A DNA stretch of 64,000 nucleotides from Octopus bimaculoides (Eukaryota): the NCBI RefSeq assembly GCF_001194135.2, contig NC_068982.1, forward strand, positions 178,843,002-178,907,001. The letters run 5' to 3'. Positions 12,126-25,927 of this stretch are shown here, piece by piece (positions within the stretch are counted from its first letter, which is position 1; each line of letters starts with the position of its first letter). A program made the position numbers and the translations under genes. The notes beneath the pieces were generated by a model. It saw nothing but the letters and a program-made list of their open reading frames with translations. It ran no database searches and had not been told where the DNA came from.

Positions 12126-13329
12126 TGTCTGTGTGGATACAGGTGCACATACATAATTCATACTCATACATATGTATGTCCATATCCCTGCACATATATG
12201 TATACATGTTATCTACATGCATGCACATATGCACACATGCTTCTAAATACTTACACAAGCACACAAATTCACTATAACCTGTTTTTATCTTGGTATAATA
12301 TTTTATTGTCTTTTTAATTTGGATCTTCAAAAACCTCACATTATATACAAGTAAGTAACAATACTTCAGGCACATTACCTATAGCCTAAAAAAAGATATG
12401 TTATCGTATGTGAACGCTCTACGTAGAATGTTCATAAACATACACATGAACAATTGAATAACATATAAAGCTATTGCATGCTTTTTAAGCATATATCCAA
12501 AAGAATGCAACCTATGTTAAATATTATCTGAACGCATGACACTTGGTAACTTATTGACTATAACAAATTTAATAGCTTCAGGCATCTGTCAGTAATGACA
12601 TGTAGAACATAATTCAAAAGTGATTTGACATAATGCCTTACATACTATTTTCAAAATGCAATTACTGTAGATCACCAGGTAAATATTACCTTTTTACACA
12701 AGATATTAAACTTTTCACTGTGTCTAGACAGTGCAATTCAAGTATATTGTTTGGGCATGGTCAAGAAAGTGAGACAGTGCAATTAATGTATGCCTTCAGG
12801 GCATAGTAAAAAACTGACTCAGGGAATATTGGTCTAGATACACCTAAAATGTGGGTTGGTAACGGCCGATATACCATTTATAAAAGATCTGCCCGATGAC
12901 ATTTGTCTTGGGGATTAACACCAAAAACAGTGATAACAGACGTACTGCCTCATACTTCTGTCCCTTCTACTGTTGCTTTAACGATTACAGCTCCACTCAT
13001 CAAAGAAACTGTCCCTTAAGCAACACTCCACTTGTGATTATCTATACTTCTTTTCCGACATTTTATCTAAGGTTATCCAGTAATATTCATTCATTAGAAG
13101 TATGGATTTTGATATTTGGCTGCTATTTCTAGCAAGTAGACCATTTGTATTGAAGTTCAGTTGTTGACACAGAAAACTTACTTCATAGTCAAATCTTCAC
13201 ACAGTTTTCAAGGAAGAACTCTCCGATTATCTAGGAAGCTGTCACCCAAATTACAGCCTTAATGTTCCATCTCAAAATACTTCATCAGATTAGCTCGTAG
13301 GTAGTATTAGATAAAAGTGTTCTACCGAA

Positions 13330-14330
13330 AGTAGGTATAACTGATAAATAATGTCAAATGATAGATTCCAAACACAATCAAATTTTCGGCATTGAATTTT
13401 GAGGAAGGAAATTTCTTAAAGAATATGAAACCAGCATTCAAGACAGACATCGCAGTGAAACACCATTAAATGTAACTGCCAGTGAACGAATTGATTCTCA
13501 TAGACAGATGTATCATAATCCATGAGCTCGCTGCACAATTGGACTATGGTCACAGTTCATTGCAAAAGGTGATGGGAGACATTAAGCGTCCGAAAGATTG
13601 TACAAAATAGGAAACACTGCAGTTGATACATGATTTGGAGGAAAGAATGGGGTGGAGACCTGCTCTGTTTGCTGAAAGCGTTTTCATCCAATAAAGAGAC
13701 GCTTTTTGTTTTCATATATTGTCACAGTCTAAGAAACGTGAGCGTAACTTTATGATTCGGTAACGAAATTTATGTTCATAGAATGGTGTCACACCTCTTC
13801 GTCAACGTCTAAGAAGTTCGAGAACCAGCTATTGACACAAAAAGGTATGGAAAATGTCTTTTGGAATGTCAAGAGCGTAATGTTTCTTAATTTTCTAGAA
13901 CGTACCTGTACTATGAAAAGAAGTGTTACCTTGATACACATAAAATGCTCAGAGATGCTATTAGGGGGAACAGACTGAAGAAGGATCTTGAAAAAATCCA
14001 AATTCACCTTGAAAATGCGCAACAGCAAACATATTTTACAACGAATAAAGCAAACGAATTGTGCTGGTTAGTGGTTCCTTATCCCCCATAAAAACGCTGC
14101 TCTGGCACACTCTCCAACTCCACCTTTCAGTGAAAGAAAGGCTTCAGTGACAACAAACTGTTGACACCACAAGGTGAAAGTAGCAGGGAAAAAGTGTGTG
14201 CAACAGTGCACACCTGAATTGTTTCAAAAAGATTTCGAGAGCTGGGCTCAGTGATGGCGTAACTGCAGAGATTTTGATTAAGACAATTTTGAAGTAGTAG
14301 CTTTGTACAGAGGAAAAGATATAATACCGT
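13330..14330 (+). mobile_element. Old mariner relic with heavily decayed transposase
   Basis: Mariner motifs in correct order across frames: TSIQDRHRSETP, IIIHELAAQL, FSYIVTV*ET* (TGDETW position), EWCHTSSSTSKKF, NVFWNVKSV, IHLENAQ (HDNARP position), VVPYPP. TIRs not found. Confidence 0.75.
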
Positions 14331-15453
14331 CACAAAACATGAATTAAAATATAAAAAACTATGCTCATTTTTGCATTAGTTTCGGTATAACATTCATACA
14401 ATAAAATGTACACATTCACATAAAAATATTACATGCAGACAAACACACACACGCACGCACACAGAAACGCACACATATAGAAACGCACACGCAAAGACAC
14501 TCACACACACACACACGTACATACACACATGCACACTCAAACACACACACACACGCGCGAACGCACGCACGAACCCACATACACAGACTCACACACACAT
14601 GCACACAGATAAATATTGGAAATTACCAAAATCGCTGTACTATTCATATCCCGTGTAAACAAGAGGATGCACTAATAAACATCACTTGTAAGCTTGGTGT
14701 TTAAGAGAAGGAGCCAACAATATTAGACTTTGCTAATAATAGGAAACTGTGAAATTCATATCCCTGCAAGGTATATATTAAGTATACTCTCGCAGCATTT
14801 ACACAGACAAAAATATTTAAGATGAAAAATTTGCTGGGTATATTGCAGAAAGAAGTACACCAAATAAAAAAAAATGGCATCCCGTGGAGTTTTCTCTTCA
14901 AATATAGAGATACTGCAATAATACCCGCCCTCGTAAAGTCAATATCAGTTACAACAGTTTATTAAATTAGACCAGCATAAGGGAACTTGTTGAAAACATT
15001 CTCTTTGTTGTGTTGCACATAACTTATAAGTACAAAATAACTTCAATTCTCATGTTCTGATCAAATCTACATTTCCTACCTTCTTTGTGACTACACAAAA
15101 ATGCACAGACGTATTACATGCTCAAAGAAGAATCTACTCAGATAAGACTACACCTAATCGGTCGACGACAAAATAACGAAATATGATGCTGTCATGAGCT
15201 AAGCGCTGATGTAGAGTCTCTAGAGATATGGACCTGTGGAATAAGATCCTAGCTATTTGCTTTGTTACATACCATATGTCTGTTCCATTGCAATCGCGAT
15301 GAACAATACAATGAACAATTACAGCAATCTGTCTTCCACCAAACTTAACTTTTTCTCGCTTTAATCACTTAAAATAGAGGAATAATAATTCGCTCATAGA
15401 AGACAAGACTTAAGACCGCAAAAAAATAAGACCCACTTTCAATCGTAATTCTT

Positions 15454-15485
<32 letters not shown>

Positions 15486-15659
15486 NNNNNNNNNNTATAT
15501 ATATATATATGTATATATATATGTGTGTATATGTGTATGTGTGTGTATGTGTATGTATGTATATGTGTGTATGTGTGTGTATATGTGTGTGTATGTGTGT
15601 ATATATATATATGTAAATATATATATATGTATATGTGTATGTATGTGTGTCTCGGAGAG

Positions 15660-16024
15660 CCACTGTCACTAGCTACGCTGATGACACAAAACTATCTCAG
15701 GCAATAAAGAATCCTGATGATATTGTAAGCCTGCAGAATGACCTAAATGCAATATACGAGTGGGCAGAGCAAAATAATATGCAGTTCAATGCAAAAAAAT
15801 TTCAAGTACTGCGCTACAAGGCCACAAGTGCCTCCCAACTGGCATACACAGGACCTAGAGGTACTGCAATCCCAGAACCACAAAGAGAAAGAGACCTGGG
15901 CATCAACATGTGTAGTGATGCACCATTTCACATGCACATTGTCAAGTTGACAGCAGAGTGCAGACAACTGGCAAGGTGGATACTGAGAACATTCCGTACA
16001 AGGGATCAAAAAGTCATGCTGACT
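15660..16024 (+). mobile_element. CR1/L2-like LINE reverse transcriptase fragment
   Basis: YADDTKL...LQNDLNAIYEWAEQNNMQFNAKKFQVL...ERDLGI...ILRTFRTRD; ends at an N gap. Confidence 0.9.
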
Positions 16025-16530
16025 NNNNNNNNNNTGTGTGTGTGTGCGTGTGTGTGTGTGTGTGAGAGTGTGTGTGTGTGTGTGCGTGCGTGCGTGCGTG
16101 TGTGTATGTTAAATAATTTAGCCCAAATTGCCTCTATCCAAAAATTATGATAATTTGGAACTGCCTCTCACATACAGATATATAAATATTCTCGACAAAT
16201 ATAACCAGCAGGTATTCAAGTTGAATATCAACTGGGAAATCATCTAATAGTTGTCGGTACTACATTCAAACTAGAATAGAAAGTGGTTTCAACTATAACA
16301 GAATTACTCAATGAGTAAATCCTTGAATTTTACAAAAACGTTCATTGATTCCTTCTAAATTTCTAGAACGAGCCGTTCAATAGCAAAAAGGCATTCTTCA
16401 TAGAAAAGCTTCCGAATGCTGATATAAAGTTTAAGCTTTCAAGTACAAAAAATTCCTTCATCAGCATACCAATGATGTTTGTAATCTTGTCTAACTACAG
16501 CTAATGATTTCGTGAGTTTATCAACCATGT

Positions 16531-16737
16531 AAGGCGGCCAGTTGGCAGAAACGTTAGCAAGTCGGGCGAAATGTTTAGCGTTATTTCGTTTGTCTTCACG
16601 TTCTGAGTTTATATACCCCTGAGGATCCTTTCGGCGTCGATAAATTAAGTACCAATTGCATCCTGGGGTTGATCTAATCGACTAGCCCCCCTCCTCGCAA
16701 AAGTTTGGCTTTGTATCTAGAATAGAAAAGAAATTTA
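16531..16737 (+). mobile_element. SINE family A copy
   Basis: aaggcggccagttggcagaaacgttagc...gtcgataaattaagtacc...ctagaatagaaaagaa. Confidence 0.9.
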
Positions 16738-17875
16738 TCAAACATTTCGAATAGTCATCCTTTTATCGGCTAGCCATGGTATTTCATTTGCATTATTCTT
16801 ATGTTGTTATTTCTTCAGTTTAACCTCGAGTTAGCTCTGAGCTGATGACTATTTCGCTTTCTTAAGACCTTAGACTGAAGGAAAGATGGAAAACATTTCT
16901 GGTAAGTCGAGTAAGCACCTAGAGACACCTCGATGCTTTATATCTCTAAACATTTTTGGTGACGCATTGAAATCTCAAACAACTTTTTTTGGTTTCACTC
17001 ACTCGATAGCAACACTACCACGCAGCGACAGAATCGTTTGCAATTGAAGATTTCGTGCAATTTTCAGCTACTATAGGGACAAATCTGCATAGGTGTTTCT
17101 CCTGATTCTCTCTTCGACAATACAGTCCTGATACTCGATCCTAAAAAGAGTAGCTTTGAAACAACACATCTTTAAACGACAAGGCACCGATTTTTCTTTA
17201 ACACATCTTGAGTAAGTACTAAATACATTGGCAGATCATTACTTCATACATATGCAACCACCACCAATTAACTAAAAAGCTACAGACTAAGAGAAACTCA
17301 GAGTAAATCAATTACATTAATGTATCAGTCCTGGTGACCATTCAGCGTGGTCGATGGCAATCCCGACTGGTTAATAACCCTAAGACTTTTTTGTTTTTAC
17401 TTTAACGTTTATAGGTAAGATAAGACGCACATTTAACACTGAGATCATTCGAACTCAGAAGGTAAAGATATGCAACGAAATGCATTGAGTAATACTCCTC
17501 CATATTATACAGATTCTGTTATACCCAGCACTTGTCAACAAAGTCCGTCAGTAAATTGAATTTGTTTTATTTAATATTGAATATCATCGAGGTGTTATAT
17601 TTAACAGAAAAAGCTACTTCACAATGCTATAGATGTACTTCTTGAAGAAAAAAGCATCTTATAACACCATTATATAATGATTGATGTACAACAAGTATGA
17701 AATTGACTGATTCATATATCCGCATACGAGTCTTCTGCTAAGTATGAAATACTCATAGATGAAAACAGTAAAAAAAATATTTATTCTACATACATATATG
17801 CATACACATACGCATACACATACACATATGTGCATGTGTGTATGTACATATGTATGTACGTATAGCTATACTTAC

Positions 17876-17919
<44 letters not shown>

Positions 17920-18789
17920 CATAAATCATAATATATATTATAGATATGCATATGTGTGTGATATGTATGTGTGTGAGTGTGTTATTCGTCTCCTATTAAA
18001 GTAACATTCTTTTCATTGAATTCAGGCATATTAAATTCATAAACACTGGAAATAGGATTTTACCAAGTATCATTTCGCTCTCTAGACCATATGCTAGCTG
18101 AAGTCACCAAATGTATTTTCATACGCTAATATGGTGCTTAAAAATTCGAAAAGCCAGAAGGGAAACTCATAACTCCCACGGAAAGGAAAAATCATAACAC
18201 AAGTTTTTAATTTTTATCGACTATGTACAACGCATCATTCCATTAGAATACAATATGATCTTCCTTGAAAGAAGTGTTTATAAATTGATATATCTTATGA
18301 CCATACTAATTTACTACACTTCACGCCGCACCTCAATAACCCAGTATTCTTGCATATTTCTCTCGCCATCGCTCTTTCTCTCTCTGTCACGTCATGTCTT
18401 TAAATGTTACTGTGTTAAGAAATTTGTTTGTAGGTTGTCAAGAGGCTCAATTGACATGTAACTTTATTGTAATAAATATGTGACTTTCCATGAACGTCTA
18501 TCAGCCAGTTTCCATCCCCAATACATGTAAAGAAAGCGAGTAAATGCAATAGTAAAAGGAGTGAGATAGTTTAGGTCTGATCAGCTGTCTGTGAAAGTAA
18601 ATGGATTTTCTTCGTATTCGAGAACGAGTATTCAATTGTTTGAGTAACTATCTGCTCATTGAATTAATGCGTAATTGGCCAAATATTACGGAAACACATG
18701 TATTCAATTCACATGTACAGTGAAGTGATAGTGTAATTGATGTACCCTTTGAATTAAAGGTACAATCAATAAAGCTGTTTTCCACACTA

Positions 18790-18925
18790 TTTTTGCTGAC
18801 TTAGTTTAACTCACATAGCTTTGGTCAACTCTACGCTATAGCATAAGAATCCTGTGTAAGTTGCCACCCATGTCATGCGAAACGAGCCCAGGACCATTTG
18901 ATTGCGAAGAGAGCTTCTTATTCAT
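18790..18925 (-). mobile_element. SINE family B head, diverged
   Basis: Reverse complement reads taagaagctctcttcgcaatcaaatggtcctgggctc...gctatagc...gaccaaagctatgtgagt. Confidence 0.6.
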
Positions 18926-20081
18926 TCAGTCATATTGGGTGAATGTGTTGACCCTCTACACAGGTCAACAATGAGTTGTGGCACCCACATATGAGAAGGT
19001 GCTGCTGCTATACACAAGCTTTCATCTCAGGCCCACAATGAAATACTGCGTCTGCAACACATCATAGTTTGCATCTTGTGAATTGACAATTATTTACGCA
19101 CAACAAAATGTTGACTTTGGCCGACACATGATCTTCAACTTCTAACTATTTTATCCAGAGATACTCTAATGGCCTTTAGTCCCTTGATCTAGTAAGGTAT
19201 GACTTCCAGCCGTGTCCACCCAATTGAATTGTCTATCCACTCCAAACCCATTACGAACCAATTTGTCTTACTTACTGACGAGAATGTCAACTGTCGGAAA
19301 TTTTCGAATTTATTACCTATGGACGCTAATATATCTACACATGTTGAATTTGAACACGAACCAAATCGGTATAGAAAAATCTCTAAGGTCTATTGGCATA
19401 AAACATTTCCCAATATGGTTGTGGAATTTGTTATATAAAGTGATGCAATAAGTAATATTGAAAGGAGGAAAAGATCGCTCCTAGTTTGAATAATGTACGG
19501 AGAGTCTTCCCATGAAATATCTAAATTATACGATAATATACAATTTCTATAAATGTAATAATTCACCTCCAAATGTTTTCTATTCTTCATCGAAAAACAT
19601 GCACAAAATTTGCAACATGTACTTCTCAAGTAAATAACGTACAAATAGATTTTTATGAGATTTTCTCATGCTACTATGAAAATAGTGTTTCGAAATTCCC
19701 AACATTCGACAAACTCTTTAACAAGTTTCTGAAAGACTTGCATTTATTTTAGCATACTTTATTTTATTATCATCGAACAAGATAATAATTATCGGAAATA
19801 ATTGGTATGTTGATGTGAGAATTATCGACTTCTGACAGCAAGAGTAAATATTGCCTGCAGCAGCTTTAAGTGCATTTCATAGCATTGACTATTTTAGATA
19901 ATCAACGGACATGTTTAGTATTCAAAGTGAATGAAATCTTCGCTTCTGCTCATTAAATGACATAAGCACGTGCTTTGAATATACATACATACAAACATAC
20001 ATAAATGCATACATACACATATATATATATATACACATGCATACATACATACACACACACTTACGCACACGCTTATATACA

Positions 20082-20123
<42 letters not shown>

Positions 20124-22239
20124 TGCGTGTATATGTATATATGCATATCTGTGTGTATATGTGTGTGTGTAACGTTATATACAACACGCGCATATGCAAA
20201 TTTCCATTTGATAAATTTCCATATTTGTTATTTTACTTTCTTTTTAAATATACAAATCTGAATATCGAGCTTATATAAATATTTTATAGGAAAACACATT
20301 ATATGTTCTATTAGTTAGAAGTATGTTATTGCATTAACTTAAATCATAACATTTTTCTGGAGAAAATAAACAAATATAAAGTAAAGAGGTGATAATCACC
20401 GATTGTAAAGAGGCACAATAATTTCAGTCATAAGGAGTCAGCTTGAAATAAAGTAGCCATAATAACTGAAGTGAATTTATGAGCAATCATTACTGATTTT
20501 ATTCTATCCCGGGCCCCACGAAGAATATTTAAAGCAAGAATGTGAACATCATTCAGTGTGAAGTGATTCACAGCACAGCTACATTTAATGTGGAAACTCA
20601 GTAATTTACCATTCTAACATCTTTATGAAATGATGTATCACTAGGGCAATAGATCTTTCATGAATATCTTCGAAAGGCAGCAGACTATTTCATGTTGTTA
20701 GTTAATTATCCGTACTTAATGTTTTACCAATACAGTATATGCATTTCGATATTATTCTTCCAGTGCCGATCATCGTAGTATATGTGAAATTGTGACTATT
20801 TACATATCTAACAAATATAAACTTCAGCACACATAATAATCACTCGTATGTATTGATGGATAAATGCACAAATAAACGATTTTCTTCCATTTTCCCACGC
20901 TGTCACACTTCTAATAGGAACTTTTTAATGGTTTTCAATGTTGGGTGTTTCATAATCTTAAATAACTGGCTCTCACTAAGTTTCCTACTAGATATTTTTT
21001 CTATATCTTTTAATTTAAAATCGTATGCTTTGGTTATACAAATATTCCCTATATAATGTTCAGCGCACTATGTTGCGTTATTACAGTGACAACTCACGAA
21101 TAAAATGCATTGGTAATGCATATTTAGATATGAATTATAAAATACACAAAATTCTTCACTTTAACGGTCAAAAGGCTTAACTGCTTGATCTCTACATTCA
21201 ATGTCCATGGCTTCGTCGTAATAGTTTCTCGGAATATATTTAGTAATTGTCTTACTTAATTTAATGTTGTAGTCGTCTAGCTTCCAGTCAGACGTTGCTG
21301 ACAGTTACTCCATGAGTACTCTGTTCTTTTCCAAAGTATTGTCCATCTGGAGGTACAGTATCGAACGTGTCTCTCTCTTATGACAGATGAAATTAAAGAA
21401 ATCTTTAACTCTGAGGAGGATGCATGGTCAGTATTTGACAATATTCTGTACTTTGTTTACGACATCATTTCTGATGATAAATATTTCAAACACCCAACCT
21501 CTATTTGGCACCATCTTTGATACCTGAATTCTTGTGATAAATCCAAGCATAAAAGGATTTTCATTTTCTTCTGTAATTCACCGAATACATTATAATACGA
21601 TAACATATGCACATATCAAATGTTTTGACGTGTTAAGTATATGTTTGGGCGTTTTTTTAAAGAAAAACACAATTGACATGTTTCAATTGAATTGTTAGCT
21701 GCCGAAAAATATTTTGAAAATTAAAATGTCGTATGGTTATCCTTTCAATATATTTTGAACTGCTTGCTAACGTAATAAATTATAACTGGAAGAAATTGTG
21801 TTGCTATCTGAGTGTATGTCCATCCCATTTTATTTCTGATGTGTAAAAATATGATTGCTTTGTAGATATATGTTCCACTTGGCACCAGCTATTAAATGAG
21901 CCGAGTCTGAGTAGCGTAAATGATGTAGTGAGCAAAGCCTCTTTGGCGTTAAAAATGTGAATATTAATAATAAATGCTATATAGGCTGAACGTTATAAAA
22001 TATTCATAAAAACGCTTGTATCAGTAGTTATAGCACCCAGTTAGCGCACGTTTTAGAGTAGGTCTTATATAATGATGCAACACTAATGATCAGAACAGAA
22101 ACTTCGTGTACGTACATACTTGCTGATGCTAGGGACCTTTCGACTTGCTAAAGTTTGAAAGAATATAATCAAAGCCATAGCTGGCCTAGCTTCATCCTGG
22201 CTCCCCTATCCAGTTAATGTATTATTATTAAGAAAATAT

Positions 22240-22560
22240 AGTATCATAGTGGTATATTCCAATGAGATAGTCTTTCTGATGCTACTATATTTTCAGTAAA
22301 TCACTTGTCATTTATGTTGAAGAATTCTGAAGTGTAACTCAATGGTTCACACGGAAACAAAAGTACCAAAATTGTATACTACTTCTGTGTAAATGACTTG
22401 AAGCTGTATGCGAGGAATATGCAGGGAGTAATGAAGACCTTTGACCTGGTTACAACATTTTTAAACAATATAAGATTTTGAGTTTGGGTAGGATATAGGG
22501 GAAAATGTAAACCAGACTAACAGCGTCTGTATCAATAACATGATTGCTTCTCTGCATTCC
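22240..22560 (+). mobile_element. RLE-type (R4/Dong-like) non-LTR retrotransposon relic, RT part
   Basis: SGIFQ*DSLS at ~22248-22277 (GIFQGDSLS motif); VNDLKLYARN at ~22389-22418 (MDDLKLYA motif); then FEFG. Confidence 0.7.
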
Positions 22561-22639
22561 AGTCGCATTGAGACCCCCTTAGGTGAGGCAGTTACAACTG
22601 TCCTAGATAATTGTGAGTTTCGTATATCATAATTATGTA

Positions 22640-23380
22640 TGTAATAATCTGATCTGTCAGCTTTTGTTATTCCAGATTGAAAGGGGCACTTCGAAAATAC
22701 CTTGCTACACACTGCTTGTTACAGCTGACTAAATTGCAGAGAGCAATCAGGGCATGAAGACAATTTGTAAGCTCGCTATGCAATAAAGTCTTGTATCAAA
22801 TTGGGCAAAAACGCTACAAAAACAGGAAATGCTCCAGATTGTTTACGGATAAATTTATAGGAGCCAAACAATTGATTTTCGTTGGCACAAGAGACTAGGC
22901 AAATGAAGTTCACCGGGAAGAATATGATGTTCTTCTATTTCGAAAGGAGTATCATCTACACCCACTGGGTTTCCTTTGACTAAGCGATCAACGAAGAGTA
23001 TTTCGTGGATGTTTTGTGGAGTTGTAAAAGATATTTCGTCGCAAAAAGCCAGAGCACCCGCACTAGGACAATGCACGAATCTACAGTTCCATCTTGGCAA
23101 CCAACCAAAGCTGTTCCTCATTCTCCCTACCGCGTCCACGCTGATTGTGAACTTCAGGGAAAGTCGTTTTGAAGACATTGAGAAAATTGAAGGAGGCTGC
23201 GACACGAGTCCTGGACACATTCATTTTGGAGGACTTCCATAGCGCGTTCACGAAATAGCTGTATTACTACAAGTGCACTGAATTCGGGTGATCCTCCTTT
23301 GAAGTATAATAGAGTTTTGTACTTCTTTGAAATTAATAATCACCTCTCCCGAAATTAATAATCACCTCTCAATACTCATA
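22640..23380 (+). mobile_element. Internally deleted mariner relic inserted into the RLE LINE
   Basis: RYAIKSCIKLGKNAT at 22774-22818, FRWHKR, IIYTHWV, AVPHSPY and a mariner-like C-terminus. The left boundary is uncertain (22570-22640). Confidence 0.75.
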
Positions 23381-24250
23381 GAATGCACCTTGTGCCTAAG
23401 ATAGACGAACACCTGTCTTACGACGGTACATGTAGCACGTTACAAAGGAATATACTAGCCAGATAAAAACAAATGTGAACCGCAGATCTCTCTTCATACA
23501 ATAAAACAGTGCTCCAAAATGTGGTTGCAGTACAAGTGCTCATACTAACATCTGGACTACTGGAATGGATGTTTGATGATATCCATGCTATTGATGTAAG
23601 AATCACAAAGATGCCAACACAAATAATTTTCACGGTGACGTCGACCGCCTCCGTCTACAGCAAAAACTAAGATACAGGGAATTAATATAAATTAAGACAA
23701 TTTTGAAATGTCACAGCATATCCCATCGGCAAGATCTTTTAACTGACAAGTGTGAAAACGAATCCATTGATCATGTCGTCATACACGAAGCAGATAACAT
23801 CCTGAAACTTGGAAAACTGATCCCCAAGAAATATTCCTTGCCCAAATAATTTTTGCATGACTCTACCGCAACGTATCAAATAATAGGATAAATGCATATC
23901 AGCAGAAGATCATGCATGGATTTGTTTGCAGTAAGCTCCAGGATAACAGCAGCATTAATAATCAAAGCAGTGTATCTTTGACCAACAACCGGATCATTAA
24001 CTCTCACTTTGAAGGGTATGAGTTTGCAATGAACAGGAAATAGCAACCAATTTCCTGTTTCACAAAATGGAGAAAACAGGAATAACACCGAAATGTGCAA
24101 ACCATGTAGAGTTAAAACCGAAGATACCAGCCACATCATAATCAGTTGTAGTCGCGTTATCATCAAACGATGAGACATGATGTAGCACAACCATTGTACA
24201 TTAAGATCCGCCAGAAGAATATTCTTGAAAGCAAATATATAACAAACCAA
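23381..24250 (+). mobile_element. RLE-type LINE relic continued: RT C-terminus, CCHC knuckle and RHD motif
   Basis: ADLSSYNKT...GLLEW...AIDVRITK, GDVDRL, HFEGYEFA, CKPCRVKTEDTSHIIISC at ~24095-24150, RHDVA at 24173-24187. Confidence 0.75.
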
Positions 24251-24370
24251 ATATATAAGAAGGGAAAAAAATATAAAGACAATTATTCTATAATGACCAG
24301 TTTAATTTTGGCTTCTACGGTCAGAGGGAAAGTAATTCATATTTAATTTTTTTACTTTTTCTGCTTTTAT

Positions 24371-24420
24371 TCACCCTTCTACCCTCTGCATCACCCTTCT
24401 AACCTCTGCATCACCCTTCT
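24371..24420. repeat. 20-bp minisatellite, 2.5 copies
   Basis: tcacccttcta(c/a)cctctgca in tandem. Confidence 0.9.
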
Positions 24421-24719
24421 CGGTTTTTTTTCTCGTGGTTTCTCATGTGCCAGCGTCCTAAATCTCATGATGATTACTTAGAGACACAAGGCACATTATA
24501 AAACCTTCCTAGACACGAGTTTCCACAACAATAAACCATTACTAGCTCTGTTTTTATACCGTGTACATTAAATGATATTTATCTCTCATGACAAAAATTA
24601 AGCAATTGTCTTATGTACATGACTTCACAGATCGTGTGTGTGAGAAGTCGTGCGTGAGTGGGGACTTTTGTTTCATAAATACTTTTTAGTTTTGTCTGCG
24701 AAGATATATACTTAAGGCG

Positions 24720-25030
24720 ATTGCATAATTGTTACCATGCGTACACTTAAAGATTTGAAGAAGGGCTTATAACGATGTTGACATCTTACCTTCTTAACGA
24801 TCTTCATTAAGTCAGCTTCGAGCCTCGTCTTTTATCCGGGAGAGGGCACTTTTGGTATTTGAAGTCGAACTTGTTTGCAGGTGTAGTTGTGAATTCTAGA
24901 AGTTTTCCCAGCGCAAACGCTTCATGACGCTTTCAGGTTTCTACGTGAGCCGCATGAAATAGAATTTCCTTTGTGATATTTAGATATTCTTCAAAGAATA
25001 TGACAGTGGTTGTCTCTCTTTCGGAAAGTG
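24720..25030 (-). mobile_element. Penelope-like element, N-terminal ORF fragment
   Basis: Minus-strand frames give SYSLKNI, ESVMKRLRW, NKFDFKYQKCP and LEADLMKIVKKV in the order seen at the start of one PLE lineage. Confidence 0.65.
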
Positions 25031-25299
25031 TTAACCAGACGTTTGTGGATGGGGCTCAAGAGGGGCTACACAGACCACACAACCTATGCATTCTCTATAT
25101 TCGCATCCATAAACGTAGTGTGCCTACATAAACACACACACAATCACACACGTATGTAGGCACAAACTTCCCACCTCCCTTGCCCCAAATCATGTATACT
25201 AGTGTGGTGGCACTAGCCACCACACTAGCATACATCTGTCACATCCACAGATATAAATACCTAAAGCACACACCTATGTAAGTACATGCGTGTGTGTCA

Positions 25300-25402
25300 T
25301 TGTTCAGTTTTATTTCAAGATTTTTTGTCAATAGAGCAAGAACCGGTTTCTAACGTAGATCCAAGTTTCCTTCATTGAAATTTCAACATCAACAAGGTAT
25401 TC
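25300..25402 (-). mobile_element. 3' UTR fragment of an RLE-type LINE
   Basis: Closely matches 25978-26080 (ttcagttttatttcaaga...ggtttctaac...ttcattg(a/g)aatttcaacatca). Confidence 0.7.
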
Positions 25403-25874
25403 TTGGATTTCCAGTGTCTTTCCATTCGATAATCTGAATTTGAAGGAGCTAGGTTTCTGTACGAAGCCTACGACGTCAGCGGCATAGAACCGTATCAAGC
25501 TGTTTCCAATAATAATGCATGTAACTCATTCTAGATGTGTTGACTGACTCGATTGCCCACTTTCGAACCATTCTCACAGTAACATGATATGCAGTTGCTG
25601 TCCGTATGTCAGAAAAGTGCAGAATCTAAAAGAGAAATTTATTGGTTATACACTTATATCGGCAACCATTTTATTTCTGCGTGTGGTATGTAATCTTTAA
25701 AAAGTTTATCGACGGTTTTGTACGATCAATTGCTCACTGTGTCTGAAGAGTCGTCAATATTGCCAAGCGCAATAGTTGGCGCAAAAGCGTCGATAAGAAT
25801 TCGGCCGATTATATGCTATAATCAGGAATATACTGCTCAACTACATACATACATACATACATACATACATACAT

Positions 25875-25927
<53 letters not shown>

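Noticed and set aside
12841-13132. Weak ITSGV..G..L similarity to a LINE RT motif on the minus strand
   Set aside because: It is a single degenerate motif with no supporting neighbours.
18737-18975. Two small hairpins (about 18737-18770 and 18946-18970)
   Set aside because: Short, AT-rich or 8-bp stems are expected by chance, and no CTRR terminus follows.
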